A DNA stretch of 64,000 bases from Rhodoferax sp. (GCF_018780565.1 NZ_JADMJN010000013.1:9882-73881), one strand, 5' to 3'. Shown: positions 1-9,983, counted from the stretch's first letter. Translations and numbers: made by a program. The notes: generated from the sequence alone by a model not told the origin.

Positions 1-147
1 CGTCTGGAGGTCGATGGCGGCATCAAGATCGACAACATTCGCCGTGTGGCCGATGCCGGGGCGGACACTTTCGTGGCTGGCAGCGCCATTTTCGGCAAGC
101 CTGACTACAAGTCCGTGGTGGATGCCATGCGGGTGGCTTTGGGATAA
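1..147 (+). CDS. rpe: ribulose-phosphate 3-epimerase, C-terminal fragment (gene begins upstream of window)
   Basis: Frame 1 reads [48 protein letters not shown]-stop. The VDGGI...AGAD..V.GSA.F pattern matches the Rpe C-terminus. The rpe/gph/trpE neighbourhood is typical of Betaproteobacteria. Confidence 0.65.
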   Translation, partial: RLEVDGGIKIDNIRRVADAGADTFVAGSAIFGKPDYKSVVDAMRVALG

Positions 148-200
148 GTATTTGCCGGCAGCGGAACAACTGGTTACACTGATTTTGACGTTGGTCAAAA

Positions 201-1166
201 GTGCTTGGCCGACACTTGTCAACGCTCTTGCAGGGAGCATTCCGTATGGTCTTTTGGTTGTCAGATGCGGTGAAGAAAATCCAGGGCGCTTTTGCCCCCG
301 GATGCATCGTCCTTCTGTTGGCGCTGGGTTCAGCGTCCGGTGCGCGGGCCGACACTTCGCATGATGACAATGACGTTCAGGTGGATGCCGGCTTGACGGC
401 TGACGACAATGTGACCCGTGCCAAGGACGGCGCTGACAAGCTCAGCGATTCGGCCGTCAGCGTCAATGTCAGCTTGAGTCGTGTCGTTGCGGTTTCCGAG
501 CAATCCCGTTTGGTGTGGACAGGCTCAATCGGTGCGGAACGCTTTCAGAACTACCGGGGCTTGAGCCGTCTGGGTTTGACGGTGGAGGGTGAATACCAGT
601 ACCGTGAGTCGTCAGAGTTTGATGCACCCACTCTGGGCGTTTTTGCCAAATTCACCGCCGAGGACTTTGACTCTGACCTGCGGGATGGATACCGTTACTC
701 GCTGGGCATCTCCATTCGGCAGCCCCTGACCGATCGCATTGGTCTGTTTGCGGCGCTGGCGCATAACCAGCGGTTCGGCCGAAGCGCGGTCTTCGACACC
801 ATGGATTCTTCGGTGCGCTTCAATCTCGACTACGCGTTGACTGCCAGGAGCACCCTCTATCTGGGAGCCGAGTATCGGCGTGGCGACATTGTGTCGACCG
901 GCAGGGCGTCGCTCGAAAACGTCACGATTTCCAAAGTTTTTGTGGCGGACGATGCATTCACGGGTGGACAGTTCTTCAGCTACCAGTTGTACGGCACGAC
1001 CTGGCTCGCCAACGTGGGCTACAACATTTCGCTCGGGCCGCGTTCAGGACTTGATTTTTCGTGGCGACGCGTGGAGTCCACGCCCGACCTGCGACCGAGT
1101 TGGGCGACATCGCCGAAAAGCTATGTCGCCAATCAGTTGTTCGCCAACTACCTGCTGCGTTTTTGA
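201..1166 (+). CDS. putative outer-membrane beta-barrel protein (signal peptide, C-terminal Phe)
   Basis: N-terminus contains LLLALGSASGARA followed by D, a signal-peptidase I type site. An alternative start lies at 246. The sequence shows alternating amphipathic strands rich in Y/R/G and ends in YLLRF, a typical OMP terminus. Confidence 0.55.
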   Translation: MLGRHLSTLLQGAFRMVFWLSDAVKKIQGAFAPGCIVLLLALGSASGARADTSHDDNDVQVDAGLTADDNVTRAKDGADKLSDSAVSVNVSLSRVVAVSEQSRLVWTGSIGAERFQNYRGLSRLGLTVEGEYQYRESSEFDAPTLGVFAKFTAEDFDSDLRDGYRYSLGISIRQPLTDRIGLFAALAHNQRFGRSAVFDTMDSSVRFNLDYALTARSTLYLGAEYRRGDIVSTGRASLENVTISKVFVADDAFTGGQFFSYQLYGTTWLANVGYNISLGPRSGLDFSWRRVESTPDLRPSWATSPKSYVANQLFANYLLRF

Positions 1167-1179
1167 GAGGGGGAGAACC

Positions 1180-3141
1180 ATGCACTGGCGCCGTCTGCTC
1201 AACCTGATTGGCTTGCTGGCCTCGACGCTGATCGTGACCGCGTGCGGTGGCGGCGGTGGTTCCACCGATGTTTTTCCCGGGGCGCCCCGAGTCTTCACGC
1301 CAACCAGCGGACCTGACAGTTTCTTGCTGTTTCCTAACCCGCAGAAGCAGGATGACGGTACGCTGCAGGTGGCCTCACTGGCTTATGCAACGGCATATTA
1401 CGAGGCCATTGATCCCAATAACGACAGGGACACGCTGGCCAAGTTCAAGGCCTTCAACGGATTCGGGACGGCTGGCGGACCACTGGGCGAAGAAATGGTC
1501 ATCGTGGGCGATCAGCGCGATTTGGGCTACGGTCGAAAAATGACAGCACGGCAGAACGCCGATGGCACCCTCGCGTTTGTGGTGGAGAACTATCTGGTGG
1601 GGGCCTACGGTGCTTATTCGTCGCTCAATCTGGATGCCGCCATCGTTTCAGAGTCCCGATGGCACCTGGGCACCAACGGCATTGAGTTCAGCCCCGGTCC
1701 GGGCGGCACGATCAAGTTTGTCAAGTTTTACACCTTCGATCCCGTCACCGGTACCCGCCTGATGATGGGCAATCTGGATGGCCGCGGCGCCAAGGCCCTG
1801 CCCACGGTCTGTGCGTCCTGTCACGGCGGTCGGGGCGACCCGCTGACACCCGCCACCGGCTCAGCGACAGGCAAGGCATTGTTTGCACGGTTGATGAATG
1901 CCGCATCCGCCACCGACGTGGTGCTGCCTGCGCAGGGGGGTGTGCGCGGCGATCTGGGCGCCCAGCTGCATCCCCTGGAGCCGGCGTCCTTTGATTTTTC
2001 AAGCACGCCGGGCTTTACCCGCGTCATGCTGGAGTCCAAGATCAAGACCATCAACAAGATGGTGCTGTGCTCCTTGCCCAATCCCGGGGCGGCTACCGGG
2101 GATGATGCCTGCCGGCGCACCGCCATCAATGACGAATACCAGGGTACTGTGGCCGCCCACCTGAAGGATATGTACGGTGGTGGGGCAGACACCCTGCAGA
2201 ACGCCGCTGCCAACACCACGGATACCTATGTGCCAGCGGGCTGGGCTGCTCAGTCGGCGTTGTATCTGAATACCCAGGCCCAGGCTTGTCGGGTGTGCCA
2301 CTTGCTGCGGGGTACGGGCAACCAGTCGGATATTGACTTTGAATCTTTTGCCAAGTTTGATGGCTATTCGGCCCGCATCAAGGCGCATGTGCTGGACCGT
2401 GGCAACATGCCGCTGGCCAAGCTGATCTACGACAAGTACTGGAGCACCCCCGGCATCTACGGCCCCATGGCCACCTACCTGAGCAGCAAGGGCTTTACCA
2501 GTACCAGCACCCAGCCCGGAGCCCCCGTGGCAGACCCCGGGCCTGACCGGGTGGTCAAGCAGCTTGGCACCACTTTGTCGGCGGCGATGAGCCTGTATTC
2601 CAGCACCTACCAGTGGTCGATTACATCGGGGCCGGTTGGCGCAACCTTGACCAATGCGACCACCTCCGCGCCGCTCTTCACGGCGCCAGGCAGCGGCACG
2701 TATGTCCTGCAGCTCATCACGGGCAATGGCACCACACAGAGTGCGCCCGCATCCCTCACCGTAGTGGTTGATGCCGCCCTGGCTTATGACCCGACAGCAT
2801 TGCGTTTCTCACATATCAAGGCAATTTTGCAGGGTGCGCCGGGTTTTTGCAGCGGGTGCCACACGGCAGGCGGCGGTCCACCTATCTGGTATACCGACTT
2901 TGATCGCAATGCCGATGGTGTTGTGAATGCCACCGATGACAGCTGGTTCTACAGGGAACTCAGGGGGCGCATCAACTTTGCGGACATTGCAGGCAGCGCC
3001 CTGCTTCGCAAACCGACGGGTAACCACCATGGTGGGGCAACGGTGTTGAATATTGCGGGCTTGCCACCCGGCGACCCTGCACCCGATCGGGTGGCTTACG
3101 ACAAGATTCTGGGCTGGATTCTGAACGGCGCACCGGAATAG
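1180..3141 (+). CDS. lipoprotein with three CXXCH haem-c motifs and an Ig/PKD-like segment
   Basis: The tracked ORF starts at 880 but overlaps the upstream gene. An in-frame ATG at 1180 follows GGGGGAGAA and gives MHWRRLLNLIGLLASTLIVTAC-GGGG, a lipobox. CXXCH motifs are CASCH at 1810-1824, CRVCH at 2287-2301 and CSGCH at 2848-2862. Confidence 0.7.
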   Translation: MHWRRLLNLIGLLASTLIVTACGGGGGSTDVFPGAPRVFTPTSGPDSFLLFPNPQKQDDGTLQVASLAYATAYYEAIDPNNDRDTLAKFKAFNGFGTAGGPLGEEMVIVGDQRDLGYGRKMTARQNADGTLAFVVENYLVGAYGAYSSLNLDAAIVSESRWHLGTNGIEFSPGPGGTIKFVKFYTFDPVTGTRLMMGNLDGRGAKALPTVCASCHGGRGDPLTPATGSATGKALFARLMNAASATDVVLPAQGGVRGDLGAQLHPLEPASFDFSSTPGFTRVMLESKIKTINKMVLCSLPNPGAATGDDACRRTAINDEYQGTVAAHLKDMYGGGADTLQNAAANTTDTYVPAGWAAQSALYLNTQAQACRVCHLLRGTGNQSDIDFESFAKFDGYSARIKAHVLDRGNMPLAKLIYDKYWSTPGIYGPMATYLSSKGFTSTSTQPGAPVADPGPDRVVKQLGTTLSAAMSLYSSTYQWSITSGPVGATLTNATTSAPLFTAPGSGTYVLQLITGNGTTQSAPASLTVVVDAALAYDPTALRFSHIKAILQGAPGFCSGCHTAGGGPPIWYTDFDRNADGVVNATDDSWFYRELRGRINFADIAGSALLRKPTGNHHGGATVLNIAGLPPGDPAPDRVAYDKILGWILNGAPE

Positions 3142-3200
3142 CGTGCTGCAGGTGTGGGGTTGTTGCGGCTCCATTCCACGACCGCAGCGGGGCGCCGCAA

Positions 3201-3938
3201 TCAGTAGCTGCGTCGCGGGCCGCTGTAAGCGTCTTTTGAAAAGATAAACGGGGTCTTGCGTCCGACCAAGGTCTCGATCAGGGACAGCTCCTGATCGGTG
3301 TGGTTAATGAACGGCGCGTTGCGGATTTTTTTGCCGGCATCACCCTCGGCCACGATATAAACCGGGCGATCGTGGTGCGTGGCATTGATGGTTTCCTTGC
3401 TGGCCGGGTCCTTGTTGGATTGAACCTCGGTGGAGCCATAGCAGGTGCAAAAATAGGTGAGGTCCGGCTCGGCTTCAATATAGAAGCCCGTGCCACGGAT
3501 GCCTACCGTGGCTGTGGGCGTGTTGACCCGCATCGGCGTGTTGCGAGACACTGACAATAATTTCCCCGTCACCATGCGCAGTCCGGCAATGATGAGTGAA
3601 CTGGCGGAGTTGTCCGGCGGCTCGATCACCAGTTTGCTGTCTGCACGCAGGATCATGGCATTGCTGTTGACCACGAAAACAATCTCGCTGTTTTTGGCCG
3701 TCTGCACGGTATCGCCCGGCTTGATGGGGGTGGCCAAAGTGGCGTCCTGGTTGTTGACCTTGACGTCACCGGAAAGGCCATAGATCGATTGTCCCGGGGG
3801 TAATTTACTTGGCTTGTTGCCGAAAATGCTGAAGCCAATCGCATGAGCATTGCCCAACCCGGAGGCAAACAGGCCGGCAGAGAGCGCCTGGATGAGCCAG
3901 AGGCGGCGCGGATCGTCGATGTCGTCGGTGTACTTCAT
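3201..3938 (-). CDS. FecR-like domain protein with possible Tat signal
   Basis: N-terminus is DPRRLWLIQALSAGLFASGLGNAHA, with a twin arginine plus hydrophobic core. The central PGDTVQTAKNSEIVFVVNSNAMILRADSKLVI resembles the FecR/sensor beta-sandwich pattern. Confidence 0.5.
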   Translation of the reverse strand: MKYTDDIDDPRRLWLIQALSAGLFASGLGNAHAIGFSIFGNKPSKLPPGQSIYGLSGDVKVNNQDATLATPIKPGDTVQTAKNSEIVFVVNSNAMILRADSKLVIEPPDNSASSLIIAGLRMVTGKLLSVSRNTPMRVNTPTATVGIRGTGFYIEAEPDLTYFCTCYGSTEVQSNKDPASKETINATHHDRPVYIVAEGDAGKKIRNAPFINHTDQELSLIETLVGRKTPFIFSKDAYSGPRRSY

Positions 3939-4004
3939 GTTCGCTCCTCGCGTTGGGTATCGGCAAGCCTGGAATCAGCGGCGCCAAATTCCGCAATCAT
4001 GCTA

Positions 4005-4475
4005 TCACGGCTGAGCCAAAACGGGCAGTTCCAGATTGACAGATGCGGGTGCATCCAGACGGGTGGCCAAGGCGGCACTGCGGGTCGACACAGACTTCAG
4101 CACCAGGTTTTCATTCACCTGGGCACCCACCCGATAAGGCTTGGCCGGTTGGCCGTCGACGGAGATCAATGCGTGCCCGCTGTGGGTGCGATCCGCGACC
4201 ACCCCCATCAGCTTGAACCGGTTGGCCGCGTTGTCGGGCGCAGGACCCGCGTCCACGGGCGTCGTTCCCGCGCTGGCTTGGCCACCGCCCAGCAGGCGTG
4301 CCACCACTTGCGGGTCGGACTGAACCGGCTCCGCAAAGACGACCGGTGCGATGGAGCCCGCAGGAGCTATGGCGACCCATTTCATGACCCAATACGCGGC
4401 ACTGCCAGCGGCGATGGCGGCCAGCGAAAAAGTGGCGATTTTGGGCCACCACGTGCGATGTGCTTGAGTCTGCAT
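4005..4475 (-). CDS. gspC: short GspC-like type II secretion protein (TM helix plus HR-like domain, no PDZ)
   Basis: It is divergent from gspG. The internal start MQTQAHRTWWPKIATFSLAAIAAGSAAYWV gives a single TM helix. The C-terminal RFKLMGVV...ALISVDGQPAKPYRVGAQV resembles the GspC HR domain. Confidence 0.5.
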   Translation of the reverse strand: MQTQAHRTWWPKIATFSLAAIAAGSAAYWVMKWVAIAPAGSIAPVVFAEPVQSDPQVVARLLGGGQASAGTTPVDAGPAPDNAANRFKLMGVVADRTHSGHALISVDGQPAKPYRVGAQVNENLVLKSVSTRSAALATRLDAPASVNLELPVLAQP

Positions 4476-4524
4476 GGCTCGATTATCATTGAACGGATCA
4501 AGATTGAAAGTGGTGCCTCCCCCC

Positions 4525-4965
4525 ATGAAAGCAAACCCCGCAACTTCACGTCGTCGTTTTCACATCGGCTTTACGCTGATCGAACTGATGGTGGTTCTGT
4601 TGATCATCGGTGTGCTGGCCGCGCTGATCGTGCCCAATGTGCTGGACCGGGCCGACGACGCACGGGTGACCGCCGCCAGAACCGACGCCAATAACCTGAT
4701 GCAGGCGCTCAAGCTCTACAAACTGGATAACCAGCGCTACCCCACCGCCGAGCAGGGTCTGCAGGCCCTGTTGACCAAGCCCGCGGCGGGCCCGGTGCCG
4801 CCCAACTGGAAGCCCTATGTCGACAAGTTGCCCAACGATCCCTGGGGCCGTGCCTATCTGTACCTGAATCCCGGCATCAAGGGCGAAGTCGATGTGATGT
4901 CTTTCGGCGCCGATGGCCAAGCTGGCGGCGAGGGTAAAAATGCAGACCTCGGCAGCTGGCAATAG
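4525..4965 (+). CDS. gspG: type II secretion major pseudopilin GspG
   Basis: Prepilin motif GFTLIELMVVLLIIGVLAALIVPN, plus the conserved DPWGRAYLY and SFGADGQ(A)GGEG motifs. Confidence 0.95.
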   Translation: MKANPATSRRRFHIGFTLIELMVVLLIIGVLAALIVPNVLDRADDARVTAARTDANNLMQALKLYKLDNQRYPTAEQGLQALLTKPAAGPVPPNWKPYVDKLPNDPWGRAYLYLNPGIKGEVDVMSFGADGQAGGEGKNADLGSWQ

Positions 4966-5392
4966 CCCGGGACTTTCGGCCGGCTTCACTTTGCTGGAGG
5001 TGCTGGTGGTGGTGGCCATCATTGCCATGGCCTCGGCGGGCGTGGGCTTAGCCATGCGTGACTCATCCCAGGTGCAGCTGGACCGCGAGGCGCAGCGACT
5101 TGGCGCCCTGTTTGAATCGGCACGCGCCCGCTCCCGTGTGACAGGTGTACCGGTGCGTTGGCATGCTGCTCCTGACGGGTTTCGTTTTGAAGGCCTGGCG
5201 TCATCCGTGCTGCCGCAGCAATGGCTTGACAAGGACACAGGTGTGATGGGCTCTGCTGACGTTCTCCTGGGCCCCGAGCCCATCATCGGGCCACAAGAGG
5301 TGGTGCTGGTGTCGCTGAGTCAGCCGGGACGAAGCGTGCGTCTCGCCACGGACGGCCTTCGTCCGTTTGCCGTGCAGTCTGCCCCGCCGTGA
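4940..5392 (+). CDS. gspH: type II secretion minor pseudopilin GspH
   Basis: Prepilin motif GFTLLEVLVVVAIIAMAS and its position after gspG. The start is uncertain; the ATG at 4940 overlaps the gspG end. Confidence 0.8.
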   Translation: MQTSAAGNSPGLSAGFTLLEVLVVVAIIAMASAGVGLAMRDSSQVQLDREAQRLGALFESARARSRVTGVPVRWHAAPDGFRFEGLASSVLPQQWLDKDTGVMGSADVLLGPEPIIGPQEVVLVSLSQPGRSVRLATDGLRPFAVQSAPP

Positions 5393-5787
5393 GGCCTGCC
5401 GCCATGGCGTCAAGACGGATCGCAAAGGCAAGAGGGGAGGCGAAAGGCTTCACCCTGGTCGAGGTGCTGGTCGCGCTGGGCATTGTGGCCACAGCGCTGC
5501 TGGCGGGCTTGCAGGCCACATCCGCCCTGACCCGCCATGCCCAGCGCCAGGTGGATGTGCTGCTGGCACAGGTTTGCGCGGAAAACGAACTGATCAAGCT
5601 GCGTCTGTCCCGGCAGATGCCGGGTGTGGGTGACGCCAGCATGACTTGCGAACAGGCAGGGCGGGTGTTTTCGGTGGTTCTGGCCGTGCGGCCCACACCC
5701 AACACCAACTTTCGTCGCGTTGATGCGCAGGTGCTGGATGGCGAGACTTCGGTGCTGCGCCTGTCAACCGTCGTGGGGCGTTTCTGA
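5389..5787 (+). CDS. gspI: type II secretion minor pseudopilin GspI
   Basis: Prepilin motif GFTLVEVLVALGIVATALLAG. GTGA overlap with gspH. Confidence 0.85.
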   Translation: MRPAAMASRRIAKARGEAKGFTLVEVLVALGIVATALLAGLQATSALTRHAQRQVDVLLAQVCAENELIKLRLSRQMPGVGDASMTCEQAGRVFSVVLAVRPTPNTNFRRVDAQVLDGETSVLRLSTVVGRF

Positions 5788-6467
5788 TGCCGGGCCGTCG
5801 CATCCTGATGGGCCGCAGCAAGGGCTTTACCTTGGTAGAGCTGCTGGTGGCACTGGCCCTGATGGCCTTGATGGCTACCCTGGCTTGGCGCGGCCTGGAC
5901 GCCATGACGCGGACGCAAACCCAGACGCAAAAGCATGCGGACGATGTGCTCTCATTGCAGGCCGGTCTGGCGCAGTGGAGCGCTGACCTGGATGCTCTGG
6001 CGCAGCAGCCCTCATTGCCGGGTCTGGACTGGGATGGTCGTGCCCTGCGCATGTTGCGCCACAGCGCAGCGACACCTGCCGAGGGTTTGCGTGTCGTGGC
6101 CTGGTCGCAGCGCAACATTGGCGGGGCGGGCCAGTGGTTGCGCTGGCAGTCACCCCCCTTGCGAACACGAGTCGAGCTGCAGCAGGCCTGGGACAAGGCC
6201 GCCTTGTGGGCCCAGAATCCCGGCGATGAAGAGCGAAAGCGCGAGGTGCGCATTGTGCCGCTGGACCGTTGGCAAATCTACTACTACCGAGGCGGCGCGT
6301 GGAGCAATCCGCTGTCCAGCCAGGGCGCCGCCGCCGATGCCAGGACGGGGGCTGAATCCGCTGTGCCCGATGGCGTGCGCGTGGTACTGTCCCTGACACC
6401 CGGCCAGGCGATCAGCGGCACCTTGACGCGTGATTGGTTGCATCCCGGCTTGGGAGGCGGCAAATGA
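5787..6467 (+). CDS. gspJ: type II secretion minor pseudopilin GspJ
   Basis: Prepilin motif GFTLVELLVALALMALMATLAWRG. Start overlaps the gspI stop. Confidence 0.85.
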   Translation: MPGRRILMGRSKGFTLVELLVALALMALMATLAWRGLDAMTRTQTQTQKHADDVLSLQAGLAQWSADLDALAQQPSLPGLDWDGRALRMLRHSAATPAEGLRVVAWSQRNIGGAGQWLRWQSPPLRTRVELQQAWDKAALWAQNPGDEERKREVRIVPLDRWQIYYYRGGAWSNPLSSQGAAADARTGAESAVPDGVRVVLSLTPGQAISGTLTRDWLHPGLGGGK

Positions 6468-7432
6468 AGCAAGGCCGCTGGCGCAAACAAGGCGGCGCCG
6501 CCATTCTGCTGGCCATGCTCACCGTCGTGCTGGTCGCCACCCTGGCGTCGGCAGTGTTGTGGCAGCAGTGGCGTGGCGTGGAGGTTGAAACGGCAGAGCG
6601 CTCCCGCACCCAATCGTCGTGGGTACTGATAGGCGCGCTCGATTGGGCTCGACTGATCCTGCGCGAAGACGCGCGCAAGGGTGGCGCCGATCATCTGGCG
6701 GAACCCTGGGCGGTGCCGCTTGCCCAAGCCCGCTTGTCTTCTTTCCTGGCGGCCGACCGCAATGACGCGCCAGGTGCTGACGAAGCCCTGGACGCGTTCC
6801 TCTCGGGACAGATCGTGGATTTGCAGTCGCGCCTGAATGTATTCAATCTGGTGCAGGACGCCAAGATCCATGAACCCAGTCGCCTCGTGTTTTCCCGGCT
6901 GTTTGAGCTGCTGGATTTGCCTGAGCGCGAGTTGGCGCTCATGGCTGAAAATTTGCGTCTTGCGCAAGATACCGGCGAACAAGGCCGAGTCAACCCGGCG
7001 ATGCCCTTGCTGCCCAACACGATCGAGCAGCTTGTCTGGCTCGGTCTGTCCCCTCAAACCCTGGCCGCGATCCGCCCCTACATCACATGGCTCCCGGTGC
7101 CAACGCCGGTCAATCTTAATACCGCTTCGGCAGAAGTGATTTATGCCAGCGTCGAGGCCTACAAGCTGGTCGATGCCCACCGGATGGTGCGTGTGCGCAA
7201 TGCTGCCCATCTGACCTCCTTTGGCGATGCCAGCAAGGCTGGCGGCAATGCGGCGGCGCAATTCAATGATTCGCAGCACAGCGTGGCGTCACGCTTTTTT
7301 GAAATACGCGGAAGCCTGCGGGTGGGTGACACCACGGTGCAGGAGCGCTTCGTGGTCCAACGAGAGGGGCTTGATGTGAAAACCCTGTCGCGGCAGCGCG
7401 GGGTGGCGCAAGCGGCCACCCCCCTACAATGA
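6464..7432 (+). CDS. gspK: type II secretion minor pseudopilin GspK
   Basis: ATGA overlap with gspJ. The sequence GGAAILLAMLTVVLVATLA...ALDWARLILRED is typical of GspK. Confidence 0.85.
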   Translation: MKQGRWRKQGGAAILLAMLTVVLVATLASAVLWQQWRGVEVETAERSRTQSSWVLIGALDWARLILREDARKGGADHLAEPWAVPLAQARLSSFLAADRNDAPGADEALDAFLSGQIVDLQSRLNVFNLVQDAKIHEPSRLVFSRLFELLDLPERELALMAENLRLAQDTGEQGRVNPAMPLLPNTIEQLVWLGLSPQTLAAIRPYITWLPVPTPVNLNTASAEVIYASVEAYKLVDAHRMVRVRNAAHLTSFGDASKAGGNAAAQFNDSQHSVASRFFEIRGSLRVGDTTVQERFVVQREGLDVKTLSRQRGVAQAATPLQ

Positions 7433-7448
7433 TCGAAGAGACCTGCGC

Positions 7449-8678
7449 ATGACCACTCTTATCGTCACCCTTTCGCAAGCCCCCTGGGATGCGGCCACCT
7501 TGTACGACTATGTGCTGACACCCGATGGCAGCACGGTCGCTGAGCACTCGCGCGTGCCACTGGCGCTGTTGCCGCAGCTCGAGCGTGCGGGCGGTGTCGT
7601 GGTTGCCCTGGTGCCGATTCGCCAGTTGTCGTGGCATCAGGTGCAGTTGCCGGTGGGAGCACTGAGCCGCAGTTTTCTGCAGGAAGGTGGCGAACCCCGT
7701 TTGCGCGCCGTGCTGGAAGGTCTGCTGGAGGATCGCCTGCTGGATGAAACCGCCCAACTGCACTTTGCCATGGAACCCGCCGCGTCGGCCGATGGACCGG
7801 TGTGGGTCGCTGTGTGCGACCGTGCGTGGTTGCGTGGCGCGCTGCATGTGTTGGAGCAATCCGGGCGACCCGTCAGCCGTATCGTGCCGGAGTTCACGCC
7901 GCAGGCGCTGGCAGACGAGTTCCATGTGATTGGCGAACCGGGTGATGCCAGTGTGGTCTGCGCCAGCCGCGGCAGTGTGGTGGCATGGCCTTTGTCAGTG
8001 GTCAGTGTGGGGTTGCTGAATCCGCCCGATACCGCTGCCGTGGTGGCCGAGCCGGTCATGGCCGCTCTGGCGGAGCAGTTGTTCAAGCGACCGGTAACCC
8101 TGCAGCAGAGTGCGCAGCGGTGCGTGCAGGCACTGCAGTCCTCCTGGGATCTGGCGCAATTTGATCTGGTGAATTCGGGCCGCGCCAGAACTTGGAAGCG
8201 CCTGTCGGCCGGGATGCTCGGCTTTGCGCGTTCGTCGCGCTGGCGGCCTGCCCGTGTGGCCCTGCTGTCCTTGCTGGTGGTCAATCTGGTAGGCCTGAAT
8301 GCATGGGCCTGGAAAGAGCAGTCCCGGATCAATGCCAAGCGCGCTGCCATCAACGAGGTATTGACGAGTACCTTCCCGAGCGTGCGGGTGGTGGTGGATG
8401 CCCCCATCCAGATGGCCAGGGAAGTGGCGCTGGTGCAGCGTGGCACCGGCGCGCCATCACGTCATGACCTGGACGTGATGCTGGATGCATTTGGCTCCAT
8501 TGCCCCCGAAAACAGTGCTGTAAATGCTGTTGAATTTGTAGCTGGCGAATTGCGGCTGAAGGGCATCCAACTGGCACCTGAGTATGTGACGCAGGCGTCG
8601 TTCAAGCTTCAGCCTCTGGGGTACCGCCTCACGGTGGAGAAAGAGAGCCTTCTTCTCAAGCAGGAGGCCGTGCCATGA
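7449..8678 (+). CDS. gspL: type II secretion protein GspL
   Basis: Position between gspK and gspM, a length of 409 aa, and a central TM segment (VALLSLLVVNLVGLNAWAW). Confidence 0.8.
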   Translation: MTTLIVTLSQAPWDAATLYDYVLTPDGSTVAEHSRVPLALLPQLERAGGVVVALVPIRQLSWHQVQLPVGALSRSFLQEGGEPRLRAVLEGLLEDRLLDETAQLHFAMEPAASADGPVWVAVCDRAWLRGALHVLEQSGRPVSRIVPEFTPQALADEFHVIGEPGDASVVCASRGSVVAWPLSVVSVGLLNPPDTAAVVAEPVMAALAEQLFKRPVTLQQSAQRCVQALQSSWDLAQFDLVNSGRARTWKRLSAGMLGFARSSRWRPARVALLSLLVVNLVGLNAWAWKEQSRINAKRAAINEVLTSTFPSVRVVVDAPIQMAREVALVQRGTGAPSRHDLDVMLDAFGSIAPENSAVNAVEFVAGELRLKGIQLAPEYVTQASFKLQPLGYRLTVEKESLLLKQEAVP

Positions 8679-9154
8679 AGCTGCTGCCAGGCCTGCGGGC
8701 GCGCTGGGACGAGATTTCGGTTCGGGAGCGACGGCTCGTGCTGGGTGCGGTCGCGCTCATGCTGGGCGCCTTGCTGTGGTGGGTGGCCGTGGCACCCGCA
8801 TTGGCCACCCTGCGCGGGGCCGAGGGTCAGCACCGGTTGCTGGATGCCCGGCTGCAGCAGATGCTGCGCCTGCAGGCGCAGGCCAAAGCGCTGCAAGCCC
8901 AGCCCCGGATGTCTTATGACGACACGCGACGCGCCATCGAAGCATCGGTCCAGTCCCTGGGGCCGGTGGCGCAACTGACGGTGGCGGGGGACCGCGCCAC
9001 GGTGACGCTCAAAGCCATTGCACCGGACGCCATGGCGCAGTGGCTGATGCAGGCGCGTCTGAATGCACGCGTGGTTCCCGGCGAAGCGCGCCTGGTGCGC
9101 AATGCCACCGGCAACTGGGACGGTACGCTGGTGCTAAGTCTTGGCGCGCAGTAG
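8675..9154 (+). CDS. gspM: type II secretion protein GspM
   Basis: ATGA overlap with gspL. It is 159 aa with an N-terminal TM helix (LVLGAVALMLGALLWWVAVAP). Confidence 0.8.
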   Translation: MKLLPGLRARWDEISVRERRLVLGAVALMLGALLWWVAVAPALATLRGAEGQHRLLDARLQQMLRLQAQAKALQAQPRMSYDDTRRAIEASVQSLGPVAQLTVAGDRATVTLKAIAPDAMAQWLMQARLNARVVPGEARLVRNATGNWDGTLVLSLGAQ

Positions 9155-9182
9155 CCCGGTCAACGCGTTACAACGGCTGCCC

Positions 9183-9977
9183 ATGTCCCGCATCAAATTG
9201 TCTGCACCCATGTCGCCACCCTGGGCGTGGGCCGCTGCCGGAGCCCTGCTGGGGCTGTTGTTGATGACCCTGCTCAATCTGCCAGCGCGTTGGGTGACCG
9301 AGGCGTGTCAGGAATTCACGCAAGGACGCCTGATTTTCAAGGATGCGCGTGGCACCGCCTGGAATGGATCGGCCCAGCTCACGTTGGCTGGCGGTGCGGG
9401 AAGCACTGACGCCAGCACCCTGCCCGGACGCCTCGCCTGGCGCATTCGGCCGGCCTGGGGCGCCATACTGGCCGAGGTGAGCGCGGACTGCTGCATGCAG
9501 ACGCCCTGGGGTGTCAGCCTGTTGCCGCACTGGGGTGGCGCCACCCTGTTGTTGAACGACAGCCAGTCGCAGTGGCCCGCCCAATGGCTCGCCGGATTGG
9601 GCACCCCATGGAACACGGTGCAGCTGGAGGGTACCCTCATGCTGGTCACGCAAGGCTTGTCAGTCCAGTGGGCGGCGGGACGCATGTCCGTGACCGGGCG
9701 TGCCCGGCTGGATGCCGAACGAATGGTCTCACGCCTGTCGACCCTGCGACCCATGGGAAGCTACCGCCTGACACTCCATGGAGGTGCCGCGCCAACGCTT
9801 GCACTGGAAACGCTGGAAGGCAGTCTCCAGTTGTCCGGCCGTGGCCAATGGGCAGGATCACGTTGGCGCTTTGAGGGCGAGGCCAGCGCCGCTCCAAACC
9901 GCCTGGAGGCCTTGTCAAATCTTCTGAACATCATTGGGCGGCGCGACGGTGCGCGTGCCATCATTAAAGTAGGTTGA
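9183..9977 (+). CDS. gspN: type II secretion protein GspN
   Basis: Position between gspM and gspD, with an N-terminal TM helix (WAWAAAGALLGLLLMTLL). Confidence 0.7.
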   Translation: MSRIKLSAPMSPPWAWAAAGALLGLLLMTLLNLPARWVTEACQEFTQGRLIFKDARGTAWNGSAQLTLAGGAGSTDASTLPGRLAWRIRPAWGAILAEVSADCCMQTPWGVSLLPHWGGATLLLNDSQSQWPAQWLAGLGTPWNTVQLEGTLMLVTQGLSVQWAAGRMSVTGRARLDAERMVSRLSTLRPMGSYRLTLHGGAAPTLALETLEGSLQLSGRGQWAGSRWRFEGEASAAPNRLEALSNLLNIIGRRDGARAIIKVG

Positions 9978-9983
9978 ACCCGT

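Noticed and set aside
880-1179. Upstream 100 codons of the tracked 753-aa ORF.
   Set aside because: This stretch overlaps the 3' end of the OMP gene in another frame. The ATG at 1180 has an RBS and yields a textbook lipoprotein signal peptide.
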